From the NCBI GenBank assembly GCA_039591655.1, contig JBDHDE010000010.1:1-60004 (forward strand): a stretch of 60,004 nt of DNA, in the 5' to 3' direction. Under the pieces are notes generated by a model that was given only the letters and a program-made list of their open reading frames with translations, searched no databases and had not been told where the DNA came from. The DNA is from Gemmatimonadota bacterium. GTDB lineage: Bacteria; Gemmatimonadota; Gemmatimonadetes; Gemmatimonadales; GWC2-71-9. Positions within the stretch are counted from its first letter, which is position 1; each line of letters opens with the position of its first letter. Below are positions 58,157 to 60,004 of the stretch, piece by piece. Both the position numbers and the translations under genes were made by a program.

Positions 58157-60004
58157 ATGACTGCAAAGCCCGGTCCCCTCCAGCGGTTCTCCCGACCCCT
58201 CAAGATCGGCATCCAGGTAAGCGTCCTGGCTGTCATCCTCGCGGCCATCGGCGGGGTCGGGTTCATCGAGTACAGCGCCCAGCCCGGCTTCTGCAACAAC
58301 TGCCACATCATGCGGCCGTACTACGACTCGTGGGCCACCTCCACGCACAACGACGTGCCGTGCATCAGCTGCCATTACGCGCCGGGCATCAAGGCTGAGG
58401 CGATGGGGAAGTTCCAGGCCGCCAACCAGGTCGTGAAGTACGTGACCGGTGCCTACGGGACGAAGCCCTGGGCGGAGATCGAGGATGCGGCCTGCCTGCG
58501 CTCGGGATGCCACTCGCTGCGCAAGGTGGAGGGCGCAGTAAGCTACCGCGGCGTTCGGTTCGACCACACACAGCACCTTGGTGAGCTGCGCCGCGGCAAG
58601 CAGCTGCGCTGCACCAGCTGCCATTCCCAGATCGTCCAGGGCGACCACGTGGCTGTGGAGCAAACCACGTGCAACTTGTGCCACTTCAAGGGGCGCGGTT
58701 CTGAAGAGCCCGTCGCGGGCTGCGTCGGCTGTCACCGCTCACCGCCGCGGGTGGTCTCCCCGGCGGGCTTCGTGGTGGACCATCCGCAGTATGTGGAAGA
58801 CCTGGTATCGTGTGTGTCGTGCCACCAGCAGGTGACGGACGGCTCGGGCGCCGCCGACGAGGCCCGCTGCTGGACCTGCCACAACCTCCCGGAGCGCATC
58901 GAGCAGTTCGAGAACACCACACTGGTGCACCGGGTGCACATCGCCGAGCACAACGTGGAGTGCACCCAGTGCCACACACCGATCGTGCACCGTACGGTCT
59001 CCCTCGCCGAGAGCGCGGAGCTGGACTGTGCGGCCTGCCATCAGCGAGTGCATGACGCGCAGCAGCGGCTGTTTGCCGGCATCGGCGGGCACGGCGCCGA
59101 GAACCGGCCGGCCTCCATGTTCCTGGCACGGGTCTCCTGCACAGGGTGCCACGAGCTGCCGCGCTCGGTGGGCGTGCATGAGAGCGTGCTGGGTGCCGGT
59201 GAGGCCTCGTGCCTCTCGTGCCACGGGATCCGGTACGCCAACATTCTGCCGGCGTGGCAAGCGGAGATGGATCGCAAGCTCTCGCTGGCTACGCGGGTCG
59301 TCGTGGGAGCCCGAGGCGCAGCGGGCGGCGCCCCGGTGCGGGCGCGCTCGGCGGTGGACAGCCTCCTGGCCGAAGCGGAGGAGAACCTGGACTTCGTGCG
59401 GCGCGGCAGGGGCGCGCACAACATCGCGTACGCCGACGAGCTGCTGCGCGCGAGCGTGGCGTTGGCGGGGGAGGCGGTGCAGGCGGGGGGACTGCCCTAC
59501 ACGGTGCCCGCAGTGGACCTCGGGCCCCGTATCAGCGAGAACGTGTGCCTGCAGTGCCACCTGGGGGTGGAGCGGCTGGCGGTGCCGTTCGGCGGCGGTG
59601 AGTTCGACCACCTGCGCCACGTGGCGCGGGCGGGGCTCGCATGCACGAGCTGCCACTCCCCGCTGGACGAGCACGGAAAGACGCTGCTGGTGGGGCCGGC
59701 GGATTGTGTCGGCTGCCACCACGCGCGGATCGAGGCGCGGAACTGCGCCGAGTGCCACGCCGGACAGGGGGGCGCGCCGGACACCACCTACGAGCTCCCC
59801 ACAGGGGACTTCGCCCACCAGCCGCACCGCGAGGCGGGATTGGCCTGCAGCGTATGCCATACCGCGCCCCGGATGAGCGCCGAAGGGCTTGACTGCGTCG
59901 CCTGCCACGACTCCCACCACCAGCCCGAGGCGACATGCCTCTCGTGCCACCGGGAGGGCGCCAAGGGAAGCCACGCCCTGGCGTTCGCGCACTCCACCTG
60001 CTCG
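58157..60004 (+). CDS. Very large NapC/NirT-type multiheme cytochrome c (3' end truncated by the window)
   Basis: Not in the ORF track. Hand translation from ATG 58157 is open to the window end: TM, FCNNCHIM, SW..S.H..V.CISCH, 18 CXXCH plus one CX4CH. Confidence 0.9.
   Translation, partial: MTAKPGPLQRFSRPLKIGIQVSVLAVILAAIGGVGFIEYSAQPGFCNNCHIMRPYYDSWATSTHNDVPCISCHYAPGIKAEAMGKFQAANQVVKYVTGAYGTKPWAEIEDAACLRSGCHSLRKVEGAVSYRGVRFDHTQHLGELRRGKQLRCTSCHSQIVQGDHVAVEQTTCNLCHFKGRGSEEPVAGCVGCHRSPPRVVSPAGFVVDHPQYVEDLVSCVSCHQQVTDGSGAADEARCWTCHNLPERIEQFENTTLVHRVHIAEHNVECTQCHTPIVHRTVSLAESAELDCAACHQRVHDAQQRLFAGIGGHGAENRPASMFLARVSCTGCHELPRSVGVHESVLGAGEASCLSCHGIRYANILPAWQAEMDRKLSLATRVVVGARGAAGGAPVRARSAVDSLLAEAEENLDFVRRGRGAHNIAYADELLRASVALAGEAVQAGGLPYTVPAVDLGPRISENVCLQCHLGVERLAVPFGGGEFDHLRHVARAGLACTSCHSPLDEHGKTLLVGPADCVGCHHARIEARNCAECHAGQGGAPDTTYELPTGDFAHQPHREAGLACSVCHTAPRMSAEGLDCVACHDSHHQPEATCLSCHREGAKGSHALAFAHSTCS

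Overview
High-GC bacterial chromosomal window. Gene content suggests Gemmatimonadota or a similar lineage, but that is inference only. 1-5.7 kb: putative redox-signalling module (cytidylate-kinase-like/BON protein, AhpD-like protein, histidine kinase, receiver-thioredoxin reductase fusion). 5.8-34.8 kb: housekeeping and accessory genes (DRG-like GTPase, adk, serine hydrolase, two Ser/Thr kinases with an ECF sigma factor, S9/M23/M20/M1/S51 peptidases, Ada, UdgB, uppS operon, Gld-like ABC system, ArsR). 34.9-39.3 kb: gyrB-DUF721-recF plus an Ogt fused to a membrane anchor and an Ig-like domain. 39.5 kb to the window end: a >20 kb co-oriented electron-transfer supercluster with a CbcSTU-like module, a Qrc/ACIII-like module, two Rieske/cytochrome b/nonaheme sets and a giant NapC/NirT-type cytochrome, with at least 66 CXXCH motifs counted by hand. 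The standout is the second Rieske/cytochrome b set. Its Rieske protein has all four [2Fe-2S] ligands replaced by Ser and no Tat motif, and its cytochrome b has lost the PEWY Qo motif but keeps all four heme His. This suggests an asymmetric bc complex with only one active Qo site. No rRNA, tRNA, CRISPR array or mobile element was recognised.
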